Shown: positions 31,425 to 41,185, counted from the stretch's first letter. The stretch is DNA of 64,000 nt from Candidatus Bathyarchaeota archaeon (GCA_963775465.1 CAVZIW010000011.1:1-64000), one strand, 5' to 3'. Notes: generated from the letters alone by a model not told the origin. Made by a program: numbers and translations.

Positions 31425-32002
31425 AACTTGATGTAGTCTTCAGCGGTGTTGGGGGACAAGGAGTCGTAGTTTTAAGTGACATTTTTTGCGAAGCCGCCAT
31501 GCTTGAGGGTTTTGATGTAGCGAAAGCGGAAATTCATGGAATGGCGCAGCGTGGCGGTTCAATTGTTGCTTACACAAAAATTGGTGAAAAAGTTGAGTCT
31601 CCCTTGATTGAAACAGGAAAAGCAGATGCTATTGTTGGTTTTGAAATCTTAGAGACTGCCCGAGCTCTGCCGATGCTCAAAAATAATGGCACAGTTATTG
31701 TTAACAAGAAGTATATCCCGCCTAGCTGTCTAACGTCTGACGCTAAATCCTTAAAAACTCAGGATTTGATTGCGCTACTTAAAACTAAAGCGGTGGTTCA
31801 TGAAGTTGAGGGAACCGAAATAGCACAAAAACTTGGCAACCTGCTAGTCGTGAACACGATTCTCCTGGGCGCACTCTCTGCCCTTCCAGAGATACCGGTA
31901 AGTGTTGACTCCTTCAAGCAAGCCATTTCAGGCAGACTTAAAGAAAAATACATCAATTTAAATCTAAAAGCATTCCAACTGGGAAGAAAAAGCGTTTGTT
32001 GA
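31421..32002 (+). CDS. iorB: Indolepyruvate:ferredoxin oxidoreductase beta subunit
   Basis: GVGGQG and EIHGMAQRGGS motifs. Confidence 0.95.
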   Translation: MKLDVVFSGVGGQGVVVLSDIFCEAAMLEGFDVAKAEIHGMAQRGGSIVAYTKIGEKVESPLIETGKADAIVGFEILETARALPMLKNNGTVIVNKKYIPPSCLTSDAKSLKTQDLIALLKTKAVVHEVEGTEIAQKLGNLLVVNTILLGALSALPEIPVSVDSFKQAISGRLKEKYINLNLKAFQLGRKSVC

Positions 32003-32062
32003 GTTAATTTTATTAACAATATGCTTGGATATACCAGACAAAAAGCAAAAGAGGATATTATA

Positions 32063-33436
32063 TTGCAAAAGAAACTTTTAGCCGTGATAGTGGTAATAAT
32101 AATTGTAATTGCAATTGTTGCAGCAATTCAATTAAGCATGACCCCCGCACCATCTACTGATGCAAGAGACATCAAGATAGGCTTGGTTGCCCCAATATCG
32201 GGCTCACCAGTTGGACAAGACATGGAACGCGCAGCTCGCATGGCTGTACAGGAAATCAACGATGCCGGCGGCATACACGTTTCCGGTTGGAACACCAATG
32301 TCAACATAAGTTTAGTAATTGCAGACACAATAAACGATGCTCCAACCAATGCAGTTGCACCAGTAACAAGAGCTGTTGAAACAGACAAAGTTGACTTACT
32401 CATAGGCGGATACGGTAGCGCAGGCACATTGGCAAACGAAATCGTCGCCATCGAAAACAAAGTCCCATTCATTATCACCGGAGCATCAAACGAACTTGTA
32501 ACTCGAAGAGGACCTCAAGGTAACTACGGTGGATTTGGAGCAAACGGAGCAAACAGCGTCAGCGACGCCGAAGGAATGAGCTATATGTTCCACTACTGTA
32601 CCACAACCTACCATTACAGCAAAACTGTGGTTGACTTCTTCGCCAACGAAATGAAACCCATGGTAGCACCTGACCGCAACTTTAGCTTAGCAATACTCTA
32701 CCGCAATGACGCTTTTGGACAAGGCGTAGAGCAAGCTGTAAAATTCTGGATACAAGATGAAGACCTCCCAATTACTCTAGTAGCTGACCGAAACTATGAC
32801 CCAACAACCACAAACTATCAAACCGACCTAACAGCCGTTGCAACGACGAATCCAGATGCAGTACTTGTTGTTGACAACCCTGACAAATCACCCTTGATAA
32901 TAAAACAAGGATGGAACGACGTTGGATTAAAGACTGTGTACATTGTAATTGAAAACAACCAAGATCAAGCTTTCTATGATCTTATAGGAAGCACTGGTGA
33001 TGGACAACTTCTTGAGTCAAGGTTTAACCCATTCATGGAGCCCTCATACTCAACAGCAGTACAAGCATACGTTGAGAAATTCGACCAACTCTACCCACAT
33101 ACGATGCCAGGCATGATGGGCGCAGACACATATGATGCTTTCTATATAGCTAAAGCAGCCATTGAAAGTGCTGGAACAATCGACAAGGCAGCTGTGAGAG
33201 ACGCAATTGAAGCAACAAATTTGGATCAAAGTCTTATTCCAACACAATCAGGCAAGATTGAATTCAGTAAAGGCGTCAACTACCATGAAATCCTACCATT
33301 GACATTCGTTGAACAATTAAAATGGGATGAAGCAACAAGCCACCTAACGTCACAAATCGTTTGGACTCCCAACAGCAACAGTGGTCTAAAACAAGCAGAC
33401 TTCACCCTGCCAACAGGGTATCAACCTGGACAATAA
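32063..33436 (+). CDS. HAAT-family ABC substrate-binding protein (LivK-like)
   Basis: N-terminal TM anchor, IKIG, AVQEINDAGGI, NDAFG, YDA; TTG start after GAGGA. Confidence 0.9.
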   Translation: MQKKLLAVIVVIIIVIAIVAAIQLSMTPAPSTDARDIKIGLVAPISGSPVGQDMERAARMAVQEINDAGGIHVSGWNTNVNISLVIADTINDAPTNAVAPVTRAVETDKVDLLIGGYGSAGTLANEIVAIENKVPFIITGASNELVTRRGPQGNYGGFGANGANSVSDAEGMSYMFHYCTTTYHYSKTVVDFFANEMKPMVAPDRNFSLAILYRNDAFGQGVEQAVKFWIQDEDLPITLVADRNYDPTTTNYQTDLTAVATTNPDAVLVVDNPDKSPLIIKQGWNDVGLKTVYIVIENNQDQAFYDLIGSTGDGQLLESRFNPFMEPSYSTAVQAYVEKFDQLYPHTMPGMMGADTYDAFYIAKAAIESAGTIDKAAVRDAIEATNLDQSLIPTQSGKIEFSKGVNYHEILPLTFVEQLKWDEATSHLTSQIVWTPNSNSGLKQADFTLPTGYQPGQ

Positions 33437-33533
33437 CTGTCCAAACTATCCCTTTCTTTTATTTCTCGTATGTTTTAAATAGTTAACTTGAGAATTTATG
33501 TCAACCTTAACTTGAGAGAGGATTCGTTAAAAC

Positions 33534-34412
33534 ATGGATATCACGGCACCAACTATCATTTTAACCTTAATCTGGGGTGTCGCCATTGGATGCGTTTACA
33601 TTTTGCTGGCAACAGGGTTAAACATAATTTTCGGTGTCATGAAACTTGTTAACTTTGCGCATGGACAGCTCCTAATGATCGGCGCATATTTAACATGGAC
33701 AATAACGTATTCAGCTGGACTAAATGCCTATGCAGCAATAATCGTTTCCATGTTCGTTGTGGCTTGCATAGGGGTTGCAGTTGAGCGATTAACCTTCCGT
33801 AGAATTCTAGGCGGAGATAAGCTCAACGAGATTTTCGTGAGTCTTGGTTTAATTTACATTTTTGAAAACGCTGCAATGTTAATTTGGGGAGCCAATTCGA
33901 AACAGATCGTAAGCCCCTTAGCTGGACTCAGTTTAGCTTTACCAAGCATATCAATTACCTACGACCGAATAGTGGCGGTATTTGTAGTTATCGTTACCCT
34001 GATAGCTTTTGGTTTACTAATACAGAAAACAAAAATTGGCTTAGCCATGCGTGCGACAAGCCAAAGAAGCAGTACAGCCATGCTCATGGGTATAAATGTT
34101 GAAACAATTTACATGCTTACCTTCGCGATAGGCGCAGCTTTAGCAGCTGTAGCTGGAGGATTATATGGCATCATCTTTTCTTTTGATTATCAAGTCGGTG
34201 CTATTCCAACTATCATTGCTTTTGCCATCATAATACTCGGAGGATTGGGAAGCATAAAAGGTGCCATCATCGGTGGCTTGCTCTACGGGATCGTCGAACA
34301 ATTAGCAACACTGTTTTTTGGCGGCGTTTGGGGAAGCGCAGTTGCTTTTGCCATGCTTATAGTTGTGCTTATCATTAGACCTAACGGAATATTTGGAGAA
34401 AAAGGAGAATAA
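33534..34412 (+). CDS. livH: HAAT-family permease LivH-like
   Basis: GLNIIFGVMKLVNFAHG, GLAMRA, IILGGLGS. Confidence 0.93.
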   Translation: MDITAPTIILTLIWGVAIGCVYILLATGLNIIFGVMKLVNFAHGQLLMIGAYLTWTITYSAGLNAYAAIIVSMFVVACIGVAVERLTFRRILGGDKLNEIFVSLGLIYIFENAAMLIWGANSKQIVSPLAGLSLALPSISITYDRIVAVFVVIVTLIAFGLLIQKTKIGLAMRATSQRSSTAMLMGINVETIYMLTFAIGAALAAVAGGLYGIIFSFDYQVGAIPTIIAFAIIILGGLGSIKGAIIGGLLYGIVEQLATLFFGGVWGSAVAFAMLIVVLIIRPNGIFGEKGE

Positions 34413-34414
34413 AA

Positions 34415-35509
34415 ATGGAAATCAAACAGGCGCTCACGTCATTTTTGCGCTCCAAAGGCTTCCAAATAATGCTAGGCGCATTTGCCCTGTTAGCTATAAT
34501 TCCGATACTCGCCAACAACAACTTTTTCCTCTACGTCTTTACCTTGATTTTTGTTTTTGCAATCTACGCTTCAAGCTGGAATTTGCTAGCGAACTCGGGT
34601 CAAGGCTCCCTTGGGCACGCAGCTTTCTTAGGCATCGGAGGATTCGCATCGGCACTCATCGGAGGATCAATGTCGTCTGCCATAATAATCAGTTTAGGCG
34701 TGACTAAAATGCCGATTGGTGCCCTGTCTGTTTTAGTTCAAATCGTGGTGATTCTTATTGGCGGATTGCTTTCAGCAGGAATAGGTTTCTTGATAGGACT
34801 AGCTTGTGTGAGGTTGAAAGCTTGGTACCTCGCGATGGTAACTTTTGGATTCTCAGTTATTGCAAGCACTCTATCGAGCCAACTAAATGATATCACAAAT
34901 GGAATAAACGGGTTCGCACCCACAACACTCGTACCAAGCGGATACCCATTCTACATTCTAGTAATTACATTTGCAGTAACCTCGATAACCGCGATGTCTT
35001 TGATTATGAAATCACGCATAGGATTAGCATTCCGAGCGATCCACGGAAATGAAGAAGAAGCAAAAATGATCGGCATAAACACAGCAAAATACAAACTCAT
35101 CGCATTCGTCATCAGCACCTTCTTCGCGGGCATCGCCGGGGGCCTATATGCATATTTTATTAGATTCATACAAAACGATATTTTCTCTCCTGCCAACTCG
35201 TTTTTGCCGCTGATAATGACTGTTATCGGAGGCTTAGGAACCGTTGCTGGACCCATAATCGGCTCTATCTTCCTTGTCTCGCTCCAGCAAACATTAGCGC
35301 TTCCTAGCGTTGTAGAATCGATGCGTTCATCTCTTGGCGTTTACTTCCCCGGAGTAAGCAATGTTGGCCCACCAATAGCGTATCTTCTAATAGGGATTAT
35401 CTTGGTATTAATTGTGATCTTTTCTCCAAAAGGCTTAGCGCCCCTATTACGCAAACTCCTAAAGTATATAACTTCAGAGGAAAAAACCAAAGAGGCAAAG
35501 AAACAATGA
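34415..35509 (+). CDS. livM: HAAT-family permease LivM-like
   Basis: SLGHAAFLGIG, YLAMVT, IGGLGTVAGP. Confidence 0.92.
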   Translation: MEIKQALTSFLRSKGFQIMLGAFALLAIIPILANNNFFLYVFTLIFVFAIYASSWNLLANSGQGSLGHAAFLGIGGFASALIGGSMSSAIIISLGVTKMPIGALSVLVQIVVILIGGLLSAGIGFLIGLACVRLKAWYLAMVTFGFSVIASTLSSQLNDITNGINGFAPTTLVPSGYPFYILVITFAVTSITAMSLIMKSRIGLAFRAIHGNEEEAKMIGINTAKYKLIAFVISTFFAGIAGGLYAYFIRFIQNDIFSPANSFLPLIMTVIGGLGTVAGPIIGSIFLVSLQQTLALPSVVESMRSSLGVYFPGVSNVGPPIAYLLIGIILVLIVIFSPKGLAPLLRKLLKYITSEEKTKEAKKQ

Positions 35510-35868
35510 AAGGAACAGACCATTTTGCCAAAACTTTAGGCATTGAAGTCCTCGAATCAAAAGATGGCTTCGCAAAAGTCTGCATGAAAGTAGAAAAAGC
35601 GCACACTAACGCTTTAGGTTTTACTCATGGTGGCGCAATCTTTTCTCTGGCAGATTATGCTTTTGCATTAGCTTGTAACTTTGGCGATAACGTTGCAGTT
35701 GCAGTTCAAGTTGATATAAAATTTCTAAAACCTACCGTTGAAGGAGACATCCTAACAGCTGAGGCAACAAGGGTTTCTGAGGGCAAGACCACGGGACTTT
35801 ACCAAGTTATGGTGCTCAAAATAGATAAAATCGTGGCAGTTTTTTCAGGTCTTGCTTTCAAAAAATAA
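35506..35868 (+). CDS. paaI: PaaI-family hotdog acyl-CoA thioesterase
   Basis: HTNALGFTHGGAIFSLAD signature. Confidence 0.92.
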   Translation: MKGTDHFAKTLGIEVLESKDGFAKVCMKVEKAHTNALGFTHGGAIFSLADYAFALACNFGDNVAVAVQVDIKFLKPTVEGDILTAEATRVSEGKTTGLYQVMVLKIDKIVAVFSGLAFKK

Positions 35869-35955
35869 GAGTTAAAGCGAACAAACTAACGCTTGAAAAA
35901 GGATAACCAGCCGCCAACAATATTTTTATGTCAGACTCTAACCTACAGTTATGTT

Positions 35956-36031
35956 GCTGGGGTGGCCGAATGGTTCAGGCGGTAGCCTGCAGAGCTGCTA
36001 TATATGGGTTCAATTCCCATCCCCAGCTCCA
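35956..36031 (+). tRNA. tRNA-Cys(GCA)
   Basis: GCTGGGG/CCCCAGC acceptor stem, GTAGC-CTGCAGA-GCTGC anticodon arm, GGTTCAATTCC T-arm, T discriminator plus CCA. Confidence 0.95.
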
Positions 36032-36130
36032 GGAATTACGCGGATTCGTCACAAACCCTATTTTTTGATATACGAATACTTATGTAAATTAAATAACCTC
36101 CCTTGATTCTTTCTACCGCTTCTTTAGAGC
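36011..36130 (+). repeat. 120-bp direct repeat, copy 1 (tRNA-Cys 3' end plus flank)
   Basis: Aligns with 38461-38580; shared core GCGGATTCGTCACAAACCCTATTTTTTG and GCTTCTTTAGAGC. Confidence 0.92.
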
Positions 36131-36405
36131 TCCGCTTGACCAGCGCGTCGAACGTGTTGAATGTTTTTTCGCGTTCTAGGTACTGTTTACAACCCACAGA
36201 TATTTTTCTAAATACAGCCCAAACTTAACTCCTCTTATCCATATTTCACAAGGATTTGAAGCACTATTTAAAACGAAACCGCCCTCGGTTAGAACATCGG
36301 TGTTTACTGAGTAACTGATTAGTATGTGAACGGTTTTTAGAGTGCGCATAGTAAATATCCGAGTAAACAATCTCAGACAGGGGAGATAGGAGCAAGATTA
36401 GCTAC

Positions 36406-37578
36406 ATGAAACGAAACTGCCCCAAAATAATCGCCACTGTAATCATTATCTTTGGGCTTCTAGTTACAATTCCAATTGTCGATACAATAATTAGTGGACC
36501 AGTGGCCGCGAGCGATATTTTTGTGGGTTTAGATATTGGCTACGGAGATGACCAGACAGCAATTGAGCAAATCGACAAAGTCGCAGACTATATAAACCTG
36601 ATTGTCTTGGGTTCACTTGACATAACCATGAATACCGAGAATTTAACCCGGGTATGCGACTACATATTCCAAAAAGGTCTCCACTTTATCGTTTACGTGG
36701 GTTTCGGTGAGGGATCAGAAGATGCGCCGCCAAGAGGTCCCAGCTCCCAATTCTTCAATAATGCAATTGACAGGTATGGCAACAAATTTTTAGGAGTTTA
36801 TCTCTTCGATGAAGTCGGAGGCAAACTCATGGATGGCGCGCATTCAGTTAACCTCACCGCTGCGGATACGTATTCAGATGCAGCCATCCTCTATACACAT
36901 CACCTCAACTTCTACTTGGGAAACGTAAGCCAATTTTATGCACCAGCAGATTTCCCACTTTATACGTCTGATTATGCACTTTTCTGGTACAACTACGTGG
37001 CTGGCTATGACGTAGTTTTTACCGAATACGTTGGTAACCAAAGCAGGGAAATCGCCACTGGACTCTGCAGGGGAGCAGCTAAAACCTTAAACAAAGACTG
37101 GGGTGTAATAATCACATGGTCACATGAACTAGAATCCTTTGTCGAAAATCCTGAACAACTTTATGATGACATGGTGCTCGCATACCAAAATGGCGCAAAA
37201 TACATCGTTGTATTCAACTCGCCAGCCCAATTCACTCCACCCACGCAATACGGAACCCTGACTGAAAAGCACCTGGAAAAAATGCAGCAATTCTGGAACT
37301 ACATCCACCATAAACCTTCAGTGGACCTTTACCTAGCTAATACTGCCTTCGTTCTCCCAAAAGACTACGGCTACGGGTTTCGTGGACCTGACGACAAAAT
37401 ATGGGGCAAATGGGAACCAGACACGCTTTCCCCACAAGTATGGGCAAACGTCCAACAGCTCTTAGACGCACATGCTATGTCTCTGGACATAGTGTATGAA
37501 ACTAGAATCGACTCTCAAACCTTAACCCTCCCATATAATAGGTTAATCTACTGGAACGGCACAGTGATTCAAAAATAG
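36406..37578 (+). CDS. Secreted/membrane-anchored hypothetical protein, possible TIM-barrel hydrolase
   Basis: N-terminal TM; GVYLFDEVGG, TSDYALFW and VVFTEY motifs. Confidence 0.7.
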   Translation: MKRNCPKIIATVIIIFGLLVTIPIVDTIISGPVAASDIFVGLDIGYGDDQTAIEQIDKVADYINLIVLGSLDITMNTENLTRVCDYIFQKGLHFIVYVGFGEGSEDAPPRGPSSQFFNNAIDRYGNKFLGVYLFDEVGGKLMDGAHSVNLTAADTYSDAAILYTHHLNFYLGNVSQFYAPADFPLYTSDYALFWYNYVAGYDVVFTEYVGNQSREIATGLCRGAAKTLNKDWGVIITWSHELESFVENPEQLYDDMVLAYQNGAKYIVVFNSPAQFTPPTQYGTLTEKHLEKMQQFWNYIHHKPSVDLYLANTAFVLPKDYGYGFRGPDDKIWGKWEPDTLSPQVWANVQQLLDAHAMSLDIVYETRIDSQTLTLPYNRLIYWNGTVIQK

Positions 37579-37856
37579 AAAATCCTGCATACTTCTTGGA
37601 TGTTGGATTTAAACCAGGAAAGCAGCAAGTTTCCTATTACACATACACATTTATTTAATCGACGAAGTCACAACCTAACATTGGTTCAATTTCCTCTAAT
37701 TATAAATTAGAAGGCATTTGAAAGTCGCTAACATAAGCAAATAAAAGAAGAAGCCTCGGTGACTTGTCCAGTTCACCCCTAGCCGGTCTTATTTCAACAA
37801 TTACAGTAGTTAATAGGAGTTGTCGATGAGGATTCGCTAAAGATACCAAACTTGTT

Positions 37857-38327
37857 TTACTTGGTTTCTTCTGGAAAGAGTTTTCTCCCTTTTTCTGTGA
37901 ATTCAATTAAGCCAAGTTTATTGAAGAAGTCTATTTGATCATCTAGTTCTTCCGTTTCTACAAGTTTTCCATTGACTATACGGAAGAAGAAAACCATGTT
38001 CATTGTTATTTTTTTGCCTGTGGCGGGTAATGGAACACCAAAGAGGTTCCAGTCGCCACTATGCGTTCCGGTTGCTTTTACACGAACCCAGACTTTTTCT
38101 CCTTCAGAAATTATATCCTCAATTTCTTCGTGCCAATCTGGGAAACCATCAAAAGCTAAAGTAAATAATTGCTTAAATTTATCTCTGCCTTTCTGCTGAT
38201 GCGTACGATCAACAAAATCTGGCGCTACAAGTTCTTCAAATATTCCCAAGTTTCTATCATTATAGGCTTCAATAAACCTGCTAAGAATTGCCTTATTCTC
38301 TTGGATTGTCATTAAGAAATTCACCAT
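37857..38327 (-). CDS. SnoaL-like (NTF2-fold) ester cyclase
   Basis: AFDGFPDWH, IEDIISEGEKV, GTHSG, PATGKK. Confidence 0.88.
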   Translation of the reverse strand: MVNFLMTIQENKAILSRFIEAYNDRNLGIFEELVAPDFVDRTHQQKGRDKFKQLFTLAFDGFPDWHEEIEDIISEGEKVWVRVKATGTHSGDWNLFGVPLPATGKKITMNMVFFFRIVNGKLVETEELDDQIDFFNKLGLIEFTEKGRKLFPEETK

Positions 38328-38460
38328 TAAAATTGTCTAAATAAAACTATTAAATTTTTCTTTTGATTTCCTTGTCACACTGCAATATTACATACTCACA
38401 TTCGAACCCAAACAAACAAGAAAAATGAAAAATTGCTGAGGTTTTCCGTTGCATTAGATG

Positions 38461-38580
38461 CAATTCTCAACCCCAGCGCCATGTAGTATGCGGATTCGTC
38501 ACAAACCCTATTTTTTGGATACACGAATACTTATGTAAATTAAAAAAGTTCATTGATTCTTTCTGTCGCTTCTTTAGAGC
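38461..38580 (+). repeat. 120-bp direct repeat, copy 2 (degenerate tRNA-Cys 3' end, att-like)
   Basis: CAATTCTCAACCCCAGCGCCA versus tRNA CAATTCCCATCCCCAGCTCCA, followed by the same downstream flank. Confidence 0.9.
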
Positions 38581-39739
38581 CATTAATCGGTATTTTTGCA
38601 TAATCAACTTCTTTATCAATGTTTGAAAATACTGTTTCTGCTAATAATTCAGGAGTGGTTTTTGAACAAACCATTTTGACGCCGGCCTTATGACGTTGAC
38701 ACCTGCTGGACACACTAACTTCTTGTTCAAAATGCTGTTCAAGCGGAAAGTAGAGAAAAGGTTTTTCGAGAGCTGTCAACTCGAGAGTTATCGTCCCACC
38801 GCCAGAAACAATACAAAGGTCAGCAGCCCCCATGTGCCTGTAGAGGTTTGGCACATACCCTAAAACATCGATTCCTTCAGGTGCCTTAATCAACTCAGTT
38901 GATAAACGTGGTCCAGAAACCAAAATCACCCTAATATTGGGAATTCTTGATCTCACTAAAGGGTATGCTCTAATACATAAATCAAAAAGGCTTTTCCCTG
39001 CGATGGTACCACCAATCGAACAAACAACAAGGGGTTCATCTTTATAACCCAAGAGCTTTCGAGCCATCGACTTGTCCTTATATCTCTCGATATCTTCAGG
39101 AACGACATATCCAACAAAATCCACCCTCTTCTCTGCAATTTTGCGACGATTTGGAAGCATAAATCCAAAGCTTCTGTCAGGCACATCTTCAAATTCTCCA
39201 ATGAAAAAGCTCTTATCAGCAAGAGGCGGTTCACTTCTCAAGAACTTGAGCCAAAGCTTGTTAATCAAATAAGCGGCGAGATGGTCAACAGGGTTCCATG
39301 TGGAAGCGTCCAAGCCTAAAAAATCATAAATAACCACAAAGGGACATTTTTTCAATATTTGACTATTTACCATGGCAATCATAATATCGTACGGTTCATC
39401 CCCAATCCAGAGGTCAAAATCATAAGAATTCAAAATCTTCGCGTAGACTTCACCATTCTTAACCCAACCCTTTCGCACATTCATAGCCCACTGAACCAAG
39501 TTAGCTTTGTATTCTTTAGCTGTTTTTTCCATAACAGAATTTGATGAAAACAATAGGTCAGCTTCGGGCAGTAGATTTTCTCCATTCCTCTTCAAAACAT
39601 CTGATGCTGGAGATTCAGCCATCCAAGATATTTCAATTTCAGGGCGAAGTTTTCTTAAAGCTTTAGCAATTTCAATATCTCTTCCAACATGCCCTAAACC
39701 GAGTGAACCACTAATAAAGAGAATTCTCTTCAATTTCAC
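38540..39739 (-). CDS. GT-B fold glycosyltransferase (GT28/MurG-like)
   Basis: SLGLGHVGR N-terminal motif, SIGGT, GYVPNL, SGGGT..LE, HFEQ. Confidence 0.85.
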   Translation of the reverse strand: MKLKRILFISGSLGLGHVGRDIEIAKALRKLRPEIEISWMAESPASDVLKRNGENLLPEADLLFSSNSVMEKTAKEYKANLVQWAMNVRKGWVKNGEVYAKILNSYDFDLWIGDEPYDIMIAMVNSQILKKCPFVVIYDFLGLDASTWNPVDHLAAYLINKLWLKFLRSEPPLADKSFFIGEFEDVPDRSFGFMLPNRRKIAEKRVDFVGYVVPEDIERYKDKSMARKLLGYKDEPLVVCSIGGTIAGKSLFDLCIRAYPLVRSRIPNIRVILVSGPRLSTELIKAPEGIDVLGYVPNLYRHMGAADLCIVSGGGTITLELTALEKPFLYFPLEQHFEQEVSVSSRCQRHKAGVKMVCSKTTPELLAETVFSNIDKEVDYAKIPINGSKEATERINELF

Positions 39740-39885
39740 ATACCTCCTTTTGTGTCTTGTTGAGAGAACGCCTAAACCACAATTGCCTTTCTGCGTTTCT
39801 TGTATTTAGCTTGTTTCCCTTAAGGGATCAAACAGCATTTCAAAAATAAAAACGGTTTCGGAGATTTCTACACTATCATTGAACG

Positions 39886-39905
39886 CAATTCCCAGCCCCC
39901 GCCTC
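39886..39905 (+). repeat. Third degenerate copy of the tRNA-Cys 3' end (att-like)
   Basis: CAATTCCCAGCCCCCGCCTC matches tRNA 36011-36030 at 16/20; preceded by CATT-n4-G as copy 2 is. Confidence 0.55.
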
Positions 39906-40108
39906 TTTTTCCGAACTCCAATCTCTCAAGTGACTATTTGCATTTTCTGAAAAGCTTTCAATCGTCTATTGCACAAACATATTCGAATGCGTTTTCGATT
40001 AGCTGGCTAGTCCGTGAAGCGTTTTGGACCAAACTATAAGGTGCACTTCAGCATTTTTGTTTTAGCATATTTTAAATATCTAACCCCATTAACTAGTATT
40101 GGGAAAAA

Positions 40109-40312
40109 GTGTTGCAAGTACAAAATGCATGCTTCAATGATTTCCCTGATCAATGTGCAGAATGCCCAGATTATTGCGAAACAAAGGTAGAACCCCTAAG
40201 CCAATACCCGTGGCTCGCCGAGATTGTTACGATGTACCCGCCTAATTTTGCTAGTAAAGTGGTTAAAGAATGCAAGCGGTACCACAAACGAAAAGTTGAA
40301 TACTCACAATAA
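40109..40312 (+). CDS. Small Cys-rich hypothetical protein
   Basis: 67 aa with CAECPDYC motif; TTTAAATA about 35 nt upstream. Confidence 0.5.
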   Translation: MLQVQNACFNDFPDQCAECPDYCETKVEPLSQYPWLAEIVTMYPPNFASKVVKECKRYHKRKVEYSQ

Positions 40313-40612
40313 CAAGAAGCCAAAACAACTTTGAAATACCAAAAGCCAAGAAATTTGACGTCGAATGAAAATTATCGGGGAAGAGCATCAAATTCTAGGG
40401 GACTTCTTGTATTGCGAAACGCACGAAATCTGAAATCCGTCCGCTAAAAATCCACTTATTCCCCTCTGAAGGTCAAGAGGTAAAGCACGTGGGCCCGAAA
40501 AATTCGTCAAAAAATTTCGGGGAGTCTTGCAATCTTAGATGTTTCAATGAAGGAGATTGACAGCACTAATTTCTAGCAAAAAAGTTATGTTCCAGCACAA
40601 CTGATATTCAAA

Positions 40613-40894
40613 TTGGTTAATGCCTTGTCAACGTTATCGACCAATCAGCGATTAAGGATCGCGTTAGGAGGATTTGTTTCCTTCACTGGATTCTTAGTTT
40701 TGGTCATTGTTATTTTGGTTGCCACGGGTTCAGTAGAAATTCAAAGCCTGTTTCAAAGTGGAGTTATGGTTGGGGCAGTGGCATTTCTGGGTTTTTTGGA
40801 TGTTTTCTGTGGATTTTTCTTGGTTTTTAGAGAAAAAAGTTTGAAAGAATTATTCTCGTCCGAAAAAAAGAAAACCGACAATAATATTGAGTAA
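40613..40894 (+). CDS. Small two-TM membrane protein
   Basis: Two TM helices; resembles the convergent neighbour. Confidence 0.65.
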   Translation: MVNALSTLSTNQRLRIALGGFVSFTGFLVLVIVILVATGSVEIQSLFQSGVMVGAVAFLGFLDVFCGFFLVFREKSLKELFSSEKKKTDNNIE

Positions 40895-41185
40895 ACCTAC
40901 GAACACCCACAATCCCATACTCAGCGAACCACTTTCTGATGAAACCAAGATACCCGCTGTTTTCCCTGTTACACCCATAAATGCAAATAATAAAACAAGC
41001 AAAAACCCCGTTGCAATAACGGTTACACCTATGTATCTACTGATTTTCTTTGGAAATTGAAGTACTTTAAACCTTTCTTCTTCTAGAGACTTTTCAACTG
41101 TCTTTTGATATTGTCTTTCCTCAGAAACAGCGGGTTTGGAAGGCGCTTTGACAGTTATTTCCTTATTTTCTTCTTCTGAAGACAT
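40850..41185 (-). CDS. Small two-TM membrane protein
   Basis: GGAGG RBS, charged N-terminus, two TM helices. Confidence 0.7.
   Translation of the reverse strand: MSSEEENKEITVKAPSKPAVSEERQYQKTVEKSLEEERFKVLQFPKKISRYIGVTVIATGFLLVLLFAFMGVTGKTAGILVSSESGSLSMGLWVFVGLLNIIVGFLFFGRE

Noticed and set aside
36176-36370. 64 aa ORF after tRNA-Cys, and 37700-37906 likewise, as integrase fragments
   Set aside because: No tyrosine or serine recombinase motifs are visible.
37600-37700. T-arm-like strings (GGATTTAAACC, GGTTCAATTTCC) as extra att copies
   Set aside because: The matches are too short and lack the acceptor-stem portion.
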